Shown here piece after piece: positions 50,578-63,352 of a stretch of DNA of 64,000 bases. This DNA is from Phoronis australis. Lineage: Eukaryota; Animalia; Phoronida. A program made the translations under genes and the position numbers. The DNA lies in NCBI GenBank assembly GCA_002633005.1, contig NMRA01000171.1, positions 186,001 to 250,000 of the forward strand. The letters are read 5' to 3'. A model generated the notes under the pieces. That model saw only the letters and a program-made list of their open reading frames with translations, did not search any database and was not told where the DNA came from. How positions within the stretch are numbered: the first letter of the stretch is position 1; every line of letters starts with the position of its first letter.

Positions 50578-51440
50578 TGTGTGTGAATATTTGAATACGG
50601 ACGACTTTAACGAGTTGAGTATAAAACAAAGATACCAAACAACATCGTGACTATAACCAGAAGTGTATTGATTATGGCAATAGAAAGAGTCACTTATGAC
50701 ATACATACGTTACATGTCCTTCCTTTAAACGAAAGCATACGTTAACTAAGTAAATGTTTGACTAAAATTATCAAGAATCCTTTACTAGTACGCGTCAGAG
50801 TCTCTGGTCCAACTACTTAAAATAAATGAACACTAAACTAGAGTTAAAATAATGTCACACAGGTAGTCATCTTAAAGGTCCAGTCTGTCTGGTGCTTTCA
50901 TGTGTCTGCCTGACCGAGTCGTTGAACCAGGTGTGTTCTCGTGTCTGCTCTTGGATTCCTTGGACCCTGGAGGTTCACAATGAACAGTATGGTCAGGTAC
51001 GTGATGCTGTACCTTGGTCTCTCAGAGTTGTTCGTCTTGATTTGCTTCATTTCCTTTAGTGTTCGCAGTTTGTGCACCAGGAGGGACTGACCTCAGATGT
51101 CTCCTGTTTCGGCCGTACAGCTGATCACCAGAACTGACAACATATGATCTCTGCTTGTCATAATGCTTAACCACGGTTCCAGAGGTCCAGGTGTCTTTTC
51201 TGGTGTTGGGGTTGGTACTTATTTGAACAATGTCACCAACCTTGAGGGGAGGGAGTTCCTTCACACCTGGCCGATAATCGTAATACCACTTCTGCTTCTA
51301 CTTTTGTTGGTCGAAGTGATTTTTAATTTTAAAATTGTCGCACAGCCTGGCTTAAGCCTCTCCTGGGTTGCTGGCAATAAGTTCCGTGGTCGCCGCCCCA
51401 TTAGCAGCTGGGCAGGAGATAGGTTTATACCATCGAGTAC
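50578..51440 (-). mobile_element. Gypsy 3' end: integrase C-terminus, PPT and 3' LTR
   Basis: LSPAQLLMGRRPRNLLP, LPPLKVGD..., RSYVV...RNRRHLR, TRSGR...PDRL; purine tract AAAGGAAGGA then TGTAACG at 50714, ending ...CACA near 50578. Confidence 0.8.
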
Positions 51441-51854
51441 AAAATAGGCAACACATTCACCAATACAACAAGAAAATCTGACCAACCTTGTCACTCTATT
51501 AATTCACTAGTATACAACATAATAAATAAAGCTGAAAACTAATTTACTCACAGAGGTGTTTGTCATCGAGAAGCAAAATGATACTGATAGCTTGGGTTTA
51601 ACAAAATTTCAGCCCACCATTCAGACTCTGAAAGATCCGTCAATTTCACTTAGGCTCTCTCCAAATCACAGGCTAACACCATTCATATAATGTTTCAATC
51701 TGATCAACCTTAGTAAAATACAAAAATCAGATTTTGACTAATTGTCCTTTCTACAGGTGATGTTCCAGTACTTGCTTTTTGAGACGATAATCAGAAATGC
51801 AAAAAAGCCTATTCCAGAGCTGTAATATAATTTCCGGAGAACTTTTTGACATCT

Positions 51855-51985
51855 TCATTTTTGGTGGATTCGGGACATCAAATATTGATCGGGGCACTGC
51901 ATTCAATACCAGCTTTTTCTTCATTCATGAACATGGACTCCTCAAAATGATGAGAGCATAACTTGCAGTTCTTGGACTAGTAGGG
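51855..51985 (-). mobile_element. THAP domain remnant of a DNA transposon
   Basis: KNCKLCSHHFEESMF ... LNAVP / IFDVPNPP with frameshifts. Confidence 0.6.
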
Positions 51986-52019
51986 TGCATCTCTATTCAT
52001 AAGGCCGGCTCCTAGCACT

Positions 52020-53370
52020 TGCACATCCGCGGCGCAATACAAATCATCAGCCAGTTTTGCGACTTTGCCCTCTTGAAGAAGGTCTCCAAGGACGCGACAC
52101 ATGAGTTCTTCGAGTGCAGTTTCTGTGAGGACAACAGGATGATGAGTGTAAAACACTTAGAAAGTAGGAGACTTGTTCACACGGACATGATGGGATGACA
52201 CGCGAAAGTTAGAGCAGTCGTCGTCATCGTCCACATTGGCATCATCTACACTAAAGCCTTCTGAAAGTTGTCGCGCCTTACTCATGAAAGGACGATCTTG
52301 TGGTGGAAGAAATGGGCATTTGCTGAGAAAATGCTGTGTCTCCGCACGACGAGCTTGCACACACAGGGGGCACGATGGTCTGCTGGTTGAGGTCCATTTG
52401 GGTGTGTGGAAGTTAGAGCGTTTGGAGTCAAATTTGCTATTACTGTTGCGTAGTATCTTAGCATCTGCAGTGTGTTTTATTTCGTCAAACGAGTCCATAG
52501 CTTGAGAGATCTCTGGTTTTAGCGTGGCTAGGGTATGAGATCGGAGTTCAGTGCCGTAACGTTGCTTTACTAGGTTAGGGAGATCAGGATGAAGGAGTTT
52601 TAACCATGTGAGAACAACCATGTTCTCTAGTGTGGGGGTCAGGTCTTCATCTACGGTGACTACTTCATCGTGATGTCGAATGGTACTGTGGGCCTGTAGT
52701 AGACTGTCTTCGACAAATGAGACGAGTCTTTGATACAGGTCTTCTGGTTGCTCATCAGCTTCGAGGACGATGTTGCTGAAGTCTAAAAAGTGAGCCCGCT
52801 AGACTGTAGGCCGTAATGCAAACGAATGGCTTGCCATATGTTGGCCAGTGATGTGGAGTTCTTCACTATGGTATTGCGAGAAATTACTGGACAGTAGTTT
52901 GCCACTTGGCCAAGCAGGAGCTCCTTTGTTGACACTTCTGAGCAGCTGTCCTCCTGTTGTCTTCAGGAACGCCGTCGGCGTGAGGTAGGACTTTTCTTCC
53001 TCCATGACATGCCGTCAACTAGGAAGTCAGTAAAATTCTTGTTAAGGGATAGTATGTACAGTAGGTTCTGACGCCAAGCCTCAAAAGTTGTTATTGTCTT
53101 GTTCTTGATTAATGACCATTGTTTAGGCGCTCTCTGCGACATGTTGCGGGTGCGAATAAAGTGCAAAACAATGTCAGTTGTCACGGTAAGAGTGTGGACC
53201 AGTTGTAGTGTGAACTGGCTCGTCCCCCTTTGAAATGGGATAGCGTACGTGCGCTGCGGTAATTGATGGAGATCGGGCGTAAAGTGCGTTTATATAATGC
53301 TACCACCTGCCAGAAGGCAATTGTTTATGCAGAACGAACAACTGTGGACGAAACACTAAGGTTTATTGAG
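52020..53370 (-). mobile_element. Internally deleted Gypsy element (gag fused to an RT core fragment)
   Basis: MSQRAPKQWSL...FEAWRQNLLYILSL; LVKQRYGTELRS.TLA.LKPEISQA; CPLC...H...C knuckle; then [15 protein letters not shown]...KLADDLYC; stops and frameshifts. Confidence 0.85.
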
Positions 53371-53374
53371 AGCT

Positions 53375-54050
53375 AAATAGAACGAACAATACCAACACAA
53401 AATGGCAGACGGCAGAGAGAGAGGGCGGTGACTACAGCAAAACGACATCTGGCGGACCCGGCGCTGGGCTGAATCTGATCAACCTGATGAGACTGGGGGC
53501 TGCTGTTCTTTATTAAACCCATGTGCGAGGATGCCGCTTCCATGCTGACACAGGTGTCATATGCTTTTGCAAACATTAGGTTTTGGATCGAAAACAGCCA
53601 TTTTTGCATATCCACATTTTGGACACCGCAGACCAGACTGTTTCATATCATGTCGCTGAGTGCATTTCCAAAGTCGCGTGTCACTGCTAACTCCTGCAGC
53701 CGTCTAACAAAACTTGCAATTGATTCGGGTTTTTCACGAACCGCGGAGTTTAACTTGAAACGACTCATAATCGGATTCGGTGTAGGTGCAAAGTGATCAG
53801 TTAGCTGTGAAAATGTTCTATCAACTGGCTTATCCAGCTGTATTAGGTTCCAGAGCAATTGGTATCTCTGGACTGCACATGGTCAAGAATATTGCGCACT
53901 TCTTCACCTTATCGATATCGTTTGCCACAAAGTAGAAGTCCAGTCATTCCTCATAACTCTACCACATTTCAACCTGTTCATTAAACGCACTAACTGTACT
54001 GTAAATGGGACACGTCATTCCTTGTGGTTTATCCTTGTCGCCAAGTGTGA
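53375..54050 (-). mobile_element. Gypsy 5' fragment: primer-binding site and decayed gag
   Basis: TGGCGACAAGGAT primer-binding site near 54030-54043; HFAPTPNPIMSRFKLN...ESIASFVRRLQELA...FG; in-frame stops. Confidence 0.8.
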
Positions 54051-54085
54051 TGACTGAAGGTAATAAATAAAAACGATCGCATTTA

Positions 54086-54131
<46 letters not shown>

Positions 54132-54270
54132 NNNNNNNNNNNNNNNNNNNNNNNNNNNNNNNNNNNNNNNNNNNNNNNNNNNNNNNNNNNNNNNNNNNNN
54201 NNNNNNNNNNNNNNNNNNNNNNNNNNNGTGTGTGTTGTGTGTGTGTGTTGTGTGTGTGTGTGTGTGTGTA
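54086..54270. repeat. (GT)n microsatellite spanning an N gap
   Basis: GT runs flank Ns at 54132-54227. Confidence 0.95.
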
Positions 54271-54274
54271 TGTG

Positions 54275-54907
54275 TTTCATCGAAAAGTAAGCTGTTCTTG
54301 GCCTTTGATAGTTTGTTCAACAAACTTTCGTATTGTCTACATAAATGTCTTTCTTCAGATGGCAATTAAAATAGATCGCCGAGTGTAAGTGGCATCATGA
54401 ACACAAATATATGAGTAAATATAAAACAAAACACTGTACAAAACATTTCATAGTAAAACAGTTGCTGTACTTCGACTAGACTTCAGTCATCCAAGACAAA
54501 TAAACTTAAAAATCATAAATGCTATCGTGTATGATACATGAAACAAGAACAATGACTTTAAATAGGAATATAAGAAATACAAGATAGCATATGCAAGAGC
54601 GCAATTACAGAAGAAATTGTCATGGAACTTAATGTTCTATAAAACGTAAAATTTAATAAAATACATGTGTTACTAAATGTAGACGTTTTTTATATAACGG
54701 CAAGGTACGATGGAACCCAGTGTCTTTGGAATTTATGTCAGGAGTTTCAGTTTTTATTAAGCTTCGAGAATTTTCAAATGAAAGGAATCCCGTTCAAAAT
54801 ACCTGACAATGGTATTGTCAACAATATCTGAACATGAAATTTTCTTTTTGTGGACTGTTTGAAAGTGATCTTTAATGGATCCATTTTGTAAATGCATAGA
54901 TAACCAG

Positions 54908-54909
<2 letters not shown>
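54275..54909 (-). mobile_element. Penelope-like retroelement fragment (GIY-YIG C-terminus followed by the start of the next ORF copy)
   Basis: [18 protein letters not shown]...IVDNT...LKILEA, then EERHLCRQYESLLNKLSKAKNSLLFDET downstream; family assigned from remembered motif similarity. Confidence 0.6.
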
Positions 54910-54996
<87 letters not shown>

Positions 54997-55001
54997 TATA
55001 T
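54910..55001. repeat. (TA)n microsatellite
   Basis: About 45 TA units. Confidence 0.97.
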
Positions 55002-55379
55002 TAGAGCAACTAAGAAATACTCGTGAGTCCTGGCCACCAGCCAAGCCTGAACTGAAACACAAGGTCTCTAACAACACGTGACTAGACTGAAAACAATAAT
55101 TTATCTAGACAGTTACCACAACATGGTAACTCAGTAGTAATGATTGTACAGCGATATACCTTAATAAGGGGGATATGAATAGATAGACGGTTGTATAATA
55201 ATTTAACACTATGATGAGAAACAAAGTTCTGAATAAGACAGAGTCCGATATTCCATTGTGCGTGTAAAACTGTTTAAAACTTGGATCGAATGCAAGTTTT
55301 TCTCCCAGTTCTTGTAATCACTTTCTTTGGTTTATATTCTTGCTTCCTGCTGGGAGTCACATCTGTTTCACAATGTTTC

Positions 55380-55955
55380 CAACTACTGAGTTCATGCACT
55401 TGCTTGGCTTTGGTCTTTGTTTGTGTGAACTGCTTTATAACTTAGAAGATTCTTGTACTCATCTACATCTTTCAAAGCCATCTCCATGCTAGACGCTGTG
55501 TCCAGTGCCTGCTGAAGGTGAGGTCCTCACTGCTAGCAAATTCCTTTTGACAGGCTCATGTCGACATCCTACCACTCATCCTGCCACTATCTCGCAAGGC
55601 CTGATCCAGGTTGTCGAAATTACAGCTGTCACTCGGCTGCAGTAACTCTGCCACAAATTAAGACTCTTGAGTCAAAAAAAAATTTGTTTCTCAGGACAAT
55701 TTCATTTGGTCTCTGCATAAAATGCTCTTTCAATGCATTAATGCATTTCTGGAAAGTCATGTTCGTGGGCTTTCTTGGCTGATGTACTCAACTCGTAACC
55801 AAAACTCACCATTTCTTTACATCATCCGAGATTTCATTCGACTCCAAAATGCTGTCAATATTTCAGTTCATTCCTCAAATGTAGACACGTTTTCATAAAA
55901 AATCGGTACGCTACCAATTACTGCTGACATTGATTGTCCTGGTCACCAAAATGTA
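55380..55955 (-). mobile_element. Second decayed Gypsy 5' fragment (PBS and gag)
   Basis: TGGTGACCAGGAC primer-binding site near 55935-55948, followed by a broken gag-like sequence resembling 53375-54050. Confidence 0.55.
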
Positions 55956-57009
55956 ATGTATCAACACGAGATGGTCCCGATAATAAAGGATACATTGTAG
56001 AAAGTACAAAACTAAAACTCCACCCACACAATGGTTGATAAGAGGATCCGTATTCACGCTATATTTAGTTCTACTAAAACATACCTATAAATATCCATAC
56101 ATAATAAATCTCTGCTATAAGGGATTACTGAAACGTTAAGGCCAACTTCCCCCATCGATTAACTCCCCCCATTTTACAGTACAAAGTCTGCTAAATAGGC
56201 CAGCGTGATGCTTTTAGCGCATTACACAGCAACTGTGGATAAAAACACCTACCATAAGGACCATAATCAATTTGTGAGATGGGGAGTATGAGTTTTTTGT
56301 TGATTCCTGCCTTTAACTTTGAAGATTGACACCAATGATTCATTAGCAGGGGACAGAATGAAGATTGGTTGAAATTGTCAAAACAGGGTTTAGTATCATT
56401 TTAAGTTTGTCTTAATGACTTGTTCATATATCACAGTAACTGCTGTTTGGTGAAAATATGGCATTGTCCATGCATTGACTTTTCACCATGTTCAATCCCT
56501 TATTGCTAGGTGTTTTACATTCTCATAAACAAATAGGTAATAGGCGGTGTTGTGGGTTGTTAGTCATGGTTAATTAAGTGACTTCAATCAAGAATAACAT
56601 AAACTGTCTGCTGTATTACGGAAGTTCAAGGTTGCTTAGTCGGACAAGAGTAGATTTGATGAAAAAGCTGCTTAGTGACTTCTCAAACTATGCACATCAA
56701 TGTAACTTTATAGTTTGCACAAGTGTGGACCTCAAGGGTTTTGTCTTCTAGAGTATGGAAGCAAAAACAAATTTGTGCAGAAGGTGAAATTCTGAGCCCA
56801 TCATTTCATTAACTGTGCTTGATGTGATGTAACTTTAAAAATAATAAGTTTAGTTTCAATTCACTAGTTAAATATCTTTGAAGCATTTTTGTTGCTGTAC
56901 ATGTGACAGGTTTACATACATGTCAACCATTTTTGCTCTAACCATTGCACTTTTTGTAAAAAAAACATACCAAACCATAGCGCTGAGGAAAACGAGTAAA
57001 TAATATGGT

Positions 57010-57485
57010 CATGCCTGTTGCATGTACAGATGTGTCAATGGCTTGGCTCCAGCATATCTCAGCCACAAAGTGGGAAACAGTCAAGCTATATGCTCTACAC
57101 GTTCTTCTGTTGCTGGTAATGTTTCTTTTAAAAAAAAAAACGAGACCATCAAGAGATCTTTAACCATTCTTACACCTTACCTGTCTTAATTATGTCATTT
57201 TTCATTGTATTGTAAATACTCATGCTAGTTAGTATCTTCTACTTATTTCATCTCTCTTAATCAAATTTTCATCTTCCTTCGTCACTTATTTATTATCTGA
57301 ATTCTCAACCTGTTTTAATTGTATCTTTGTTACATGTATTTAATTATTACATTACTACTTTACTGTATTATTGTGTTATTTTACTGTTTCATATTTTGTT
57401 ATTGAAGGCCCTCTTGGATAGCAGTGCTATCACTGAAGAGGACACTCTCATTTTAAATATTACAATATTAGATAAATAAATAAAT
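57010..57485 (+). mobile_element. CR1/L2-type LINE 3' end
   Basis: MYRCVNGLAPAYLS ORF2 C-terminal motif, T-rich 3' UTR, terminal stem-loop and (TAAA)n tail. Confidence 0.6.
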
Positions 57486-58732
57486 GGTCAAGTACCAAAG
57501 TGCATTGCAAAAAGATGCTTTTACATCCAGTATCTGTGAGTGTTGCCAGTTATACTCCTTGGTAACTCCTTTGGTCCTGTCGAGCATGGCTCGTGATATC
57601 AGGTTATTTCGATGAAAGAACTTGCTAGTAAAAGCCAAAGCAATGGTTTGAAAACCTCATAATGAACATTGGCAAAAAATGCTTATTAATTACCGAAAAT
57701 ATGTAGCATTTTGGCGCTACACCGTAGCACTATAGAAACGACAAAAATACATAGCAGATACGTAATTCCAATATTGGTTGACATGTTCGTGTTTAAGTTT
57801 TGAACCTAATCTGTGCTTTATCTGCTTCATTTGTCTTTCATGTTACTGTTAGTTCCTATTTATGCAAACAATAGCTAAAACAATCAGCTATAATTATTAA
57901 ATATGTCATTATTGTCTAGCTGCACCATCTTGTTACACAAGTATATAGATGTCCGAAACTTGAGAGCATTTTTGTTTTTAAATAAGGCTATGACATCCAG
58001 AGTATGCTCAGTCTAAAAATTTGTTGTAACAATGTACAACATATAGGATACTAAGCTGTGGGGTGGGGGTACTACTTTTAATCCAATTCTCTAAAACAAC
58101 TTAATGTTCTGCAACCCTGGTCAACCCTGACAAGTTTGAAGGAAATTTGGAAAACCTACCAAAGGGGCAAATATGACGCACACTTTAGGTGAGTCACACA
58201 ACTGTGGGGATAGATTACCCACCAAGAACCATAGCATCCAATGTGACACAGTATGTTTTACTTGTTGAACCGTGCTTTTATCATTCAGATGCCAATGCTT
58301 CATTAGCAGGGCCTGGAGGATTGGTTGTAGTTCATAAAACGTGGTTTAGTATCATTTTATAGTTCACTTGGTGGCGCTAGTCTAGCAGTGGTCCTACATG
58401 TAGATTTGAATGCATTTGGGTTACAGCTGTGACCAGATGTAAAAAGAGGGTCTGTTCTTTATTTAGCACCGTCTACCTAGTGAATATCGAGTCACCCATT
58501 AAAAGTATTTGCTGATGTTGCTCGGTCCTGAGCATTATGGTTGTCAATGTTACTGGTTAAACTTGAAAATAAACAGCAATTTGTTGTTACATGTGGTTTG
58601 TTTGATCGTTTGCAATGATACTGCATCTCATATTTATTATGTGGAATATTGTGGTCGCTCGACTCGGACATATATACATGCACTTTTGACACCGACATGA
58701 TTAAGGACGTTCCCGTGATGATTTTTATGTAC

Positions 58733-58984
58733 CAAGGCTAGAATGAACAATGACAAAAAGAGGAAAATTTTCCAGGTGATGTATCTTCCACAAATAAATA
58801 GGCTTGTGTGATAGAATTTTTTGTGTTGTAATAAAATTTAACTGAAATAAAAGTTTTTGCATCATTCAATAAAGTCAAAAATAATGATGAAAAAGTCAAA
58901 AAAGAGGAAACTGGAAATCAAGTAAGAGGAAATCGAAACCAAAAAAGAGGAAGTCCTCTTGAAAGAGGATAATTCCAAGCCTTG
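58733..58984. mobile_element. MITE of the same family as 12660-12905
   Basis: caaggctagaat ... attccaagccttg; internal sequence is the reverse complement of the 12.7-kb copy. Confidence 0.7.
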
Positions 58985-59239
58985 ATGTACACATCATGTT
59001 TCGATGAAGGTCTTTCCAATATGTTGCTGCTTAGATTGTATTAGCTGACACTGAACAGCTTACATCATGTCAGTTTGTGTCATTATGTCAAAATTATTGT
59101 ATAAACACAAGAACAGACCAAGCAATCATATTTCGCTACAAAGGTATTTCACGCTGCTGGGCATTTGTGAGGTTCACTAAGTTTATAGTCAAGATCCAGC
59201 AATGACCCCCTCCTAGCCTCTCCTGCAACAACGAATATC

Positions 59240-60482
59240 AACTAGAAAGATTATTGTCACGGCGTGACAATAACGGACTCTGCGCGTACGTATTACTGGA
59301 ATTATGGGAAGTTACTGACAGCAACCCGTTTACCAATATGAAAAGGAATTCTTTAAAATTGTAGGAGAAATTACATATTAATTTTTTGATGACCTTCCGA
59401 ATAATTGACCTCTTCCGGTGCATTATGAGCCCCAATGAGGGAGTAATTGTTAACTCCTTGACCATTAAAAATTTGGTTAATGCTAATAATCACAGATGTT
59501 TTGCTTTAAGCACTTCAGAATACAAGATGAATGAAGTGGTCAAACGTTCAGAAGAAAAATGCACCTAATGACCCCATGGGTGCACCAAATGACCTGAAAA
59601 TTTGGAATTCAAACTCAATTGCACTTAGTAAACCGATACGTAATTCTGAGGTCTCTAGCTCAAAATTTTAGTTTGCACTCAATGACCTTTGACCTATTTT
59701 TTCTGATTGGTTAGGCCTTAAGCGAAGTAAAGTAGGGTATTCAATTGACATGTTGACTTACACCAGTGTGCTGAAATTGAAAAGAATTCCTTGAAAAACA
59801 TAAGAGATGTAACATTTTGAACGTTACATGACCTTTGCACTAATTGACCTTATCCGGTGTTTTTTAAGCATCTTTAGAATTATTACAAAGCCCATGGAAA
59901 ATGTGTTTAACGCTGAAAATCACAGTTGTCCAACGGGTGACACCTCAGAATATTTGCTGATTGAAAAGGTCAAATTTTCTGAAGAAAAATGCACCTAATG
60001 ACCCCATGTTTGCACTAAATGACCTGAAACTTTGGATTCCGATTTGATTTACCTGTGGCAATCAGACCTGTCAATTTGAAGCGTCTAGCTCAAAATTTTA
60101 GTTTGCACCTAATGACCTTTGACCTATTTCATCTGATTGGATGACCAGATTACTTACAAAAGTAATTTTTTAAATCGTCATGCTGGATTATACCTGTACA
60201 TCAAATTTGAAAAAGATAGCTTTAAAACTGAAAGAGTAGCATTTTGAAAATATATGACCTTTGCACCAAACGACCTCTTCCGGTGCAATATGGAATATGA
60301 TTACATAACCAATCGAAATTTGTATACTGTCGAAAGTCATATGCTGAATTTAAAGACCGTACCTGCACCCAATTTGGAGTTATTAAGCCTCAAAGTTGGT
60401 CAGAAGAAGAATAAGAATAAGAATAAAATTGAAGAAAACCCAGGAACAACAGTACTCTGCGCTTACACGCACAGAGCAATAA
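59240..60482 (-). mobile_element. Helitron/Helentron-like non-autonomous element with internal 430-bp tandem repeats
   Basis: ACTAG end with hairpin TTATTGTCAC-GGC-GTGACAATAA (59251-59273); subterminal ctctgcgcgt / acgcacagag; gaagaaaaatgcacctaatgacccc at 59551 and 59981; (AAGAAT)n. Confidence 0.65.
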
Positions 60483-61600
60483 CGACCGTCACATCAGTGA
60501 TGCGATATGGTATTGTCCATTGAATAAGAATTTGTGGAAAATCACACGGTTTCTCTAGTGAATGTTAACGCAGTCAACTTTAAAAATACCTCTCCAATTG
60601 TTTTACACAGTCTATGATTGTTTTCACTTCAAAACTTCATGAAAGGAAATAAAATAATTGCCAGTAAAACAAACATGTGCATGGCGAATGTATGAAATAT
60701 TTCCATTTTAGTGACGTCTCTCAATTGATGAAATTAATGAAAATAAAGGAGTGTATTTTGAAAGAATTTATTACAGATTCCTCTACCATAGGCAAACCAT
60801 GTAATTAACAATGTCCACTGACAAGTCCAATGCATTAACATTCTCAACCACCACACAAATTTAAATTATCCTAAGATGGAAACTTTTATCCCAGAAGTAT
60901 GTAAATCCTATTACAAAACCAAAGTATTGAAATCATGCCACCATTCAATAGATAAACCACAATAGGCTGACTTGCATTTAGGTTGTAAAAATAGTCCCAA
61001 TTTTGAGATAAGCTCAAATTGATGCTTTTCTGTTCAAGACTGTCTGATACTTCTCCATGAAAACTATGCCCTAAAAACAAACAATGTTATCATAAACGTG
61101 CGTCTCTCAATAGTTGCATTTGCTTGGAGTTTTGACGAATGAAAAAATGCTCGGCAATGGCAACGTGATGTCCGACGGTGTGGCAGTAATCTAACTTTTT
61201 ATTGCAGTTAATTTGTAACCAGTAATGTAATACAATATTTAACTTGGGTTAACTAGTCACATGGCTCATTCTAACCATTGGACGACCCTGACCTAGATTT
61301 GACTAGGGAGTCTCTTCATTGCAGACTGCATTCCGTTCTTAGTGTTACGGGGCCCCTCATCCATATAAGCCCCAACAGGTGCTTCTTTCACATGGTGAAG
61401 GGGCAGCCCTTATACCTGGCACAGTTCCTTAACATTTCAACATTTAAGGACTGGCAATTAATGTTTCATGATTAGTAAGAGCAATTAAATTCGCTATTAT
61501 TATGAAAAAACAAAGAAAAATAAATGGCATGTCAAATAGGCTAACTTTGAGCAAATAGGAGCAAGAACATTTGTGCGCTTGAAGGAGAGCTTGGTTGAAC

Positions 61601-61625
61601 TCATTTCTTAGTTTCCAGCATGAAC
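61601..61625 (-). CDS. MMS19: MMS19 last coding exon ((W)FMLETKK, stop)
   Basis: ttacag|G TTC ATG CTG GAA ACT AAG AAA TGA completes the split Trp codon; corresponds to vertebrate WFLL; candidate AATAAA on the minus strand at 61198-61203. Confidence 0.75.
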
Positions 61626-63191
61626 CTGTAAATATACACAAAATGGGACATAATAAATAATTAGTGAATAGTCGAGGCAAAGTTTTGGGGGTGTGACACC
61701 GCTGATGATAAAACAAGATTGTCCCCTGGATAGAGCATACGCAATAAGGGGAATCGTAATTAACATTTTAAAGCTGCATTTCGCCCCGTGTAACTGGCTA
61801 AAAATGAAAATCGAATTGGGCGTTTTACTCTCATGCAATTGGTCCCATATTATTCCTTATAGAGATAGGAATATATTTCCATAACCAACAAAAACATCGA
61901 AACCATCAGCGAACCTCAAGAAAACACTTCATTGGGGTTGGCTAAAACTAAAACTGGGAATTCAAAAATGGCACATGTTTGCCTTAGACTTGAGTTGGTA
62001 ACAAAAACGGAATCCTATCATGGTGAGGAATAGTATGAGACCGATTGTATGATAATAAAAGACCTATTTAGATTGCATTTTTGACAGCTAAACGGGAAAA
62101 TGCAGCTTAAATAAGACCATGCAAATAAGAACTCTGTATTCTTGCAGTCTCAGCCACTACAATAAGATGTGTGTGTGGTACAGTTAAAACATGCTGCAAG
62201 TTACTTTTCATATCCAGCTAACTGAACACACAAAAACCACCTTGTGGTGAGGAAGCAATGTCATTTCTTGGGTCTAGCACCACACAAGTAGAATGGCATG
62301 TGCACATCATATTGGTCTTCAAGAAATGAATCATTCAGTCTTTCACACATTCACAAGCTAACCACGAATGAATGTGGCTGAAATATCCCCGAGATCGCTT
62401 GAAATATTTTGACAACCTTTTTAAATATTGAGAAATATTGATATCTAGCCCACATTCTCCACAAATTCCAGAGAGGCAAAATGATTCTAAAAGAGCTCCT
62501 ATGAGGGCCTTTTTAACCTTTTTGTTTCCAAAAGAGCCCTCACGATGCTTTGGAGATTTTTCTAGGGTCCTACAAAACATTAAAGATGTATTTGCATGCT
62601 CCTGACTATGCTAATGTACAGCAGGAACTAAACAGCAATGCTATTTTAACACAATCAATGCTAAACAAAGTGAAGTTGTATTCAATGACAACTTGTAAAT
62701 GTGAAAACAAAAAATTCTGCAAATAGGTGACCTTTGCATAAATGATGTACCTCACGGGCTCAAACAGCCCACATCATGCAGTGTTATTCTCCAGTACTAC
62801 GTCACAATACTTACTGGACACGGTTCAGTGATATGTGGCGGATCATTTTCACCACAAAACTCATTCTTAAAACATTTGCCAACTTTAAATCTACTTCATA
62901 TTCACATTGTCGCTAAAGGTTGCGTTTCTAATTTGGTCAAGCAAACACAGGAATCAGTAATTAGCCTGCAAGTTCCACTTTAAGCAATAACGGATGTCAG
63001 TTCTTGTCATGTCCAGAGATCACTTCCCTTATGATGAAGGAAGAAGACTGTACCACTTTCATAGTGGTGAGAAGTCTGAATCAAGTTTTTGTAAAATGTG
63101 GGTTTGTAGTACCTTTGGCAGTTGTGAGAATGCAACTTTTAAACCCTATCCTATAACACAAGACCCTGCACCAGCTACCCATCTGACTCAC

Positions 63192-63352
63192 CACTGATTG
63201 CGAGCTTTGGTTGCTTCTTTCCTCACAAGGCGTTTCTTGTCATCCAGTGCCACTGCCAACTGGCGTAACACTGTTGGTGTGTGTGGAACAATATGATGGG
63301 AAGGCAGTGTAGATATCGCCCCAATGCATTGGACACTGGCTATCCTTACATG
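63192..63352 (-). CDS. MMS19: MMS19 cytosolic Fe-S assembly component, penultimate coding exon
   Basis: ttgcag|HVRIASVQCIGAISTLPSHHIVPHTPTVLRQLAVALDDKKRLVRKEATKARNQW|gtgagt; LDDKKRLVRKEA is the MMS19 C-terminal signature. The gene continues beyond the window. Confidence 0.92.

Noticed and set aside
54015-55081. ORFs with HT, CV and YI repeats
   Set aside because: These are translations of (GT)n and (TA)n microsatellites and an N gap.
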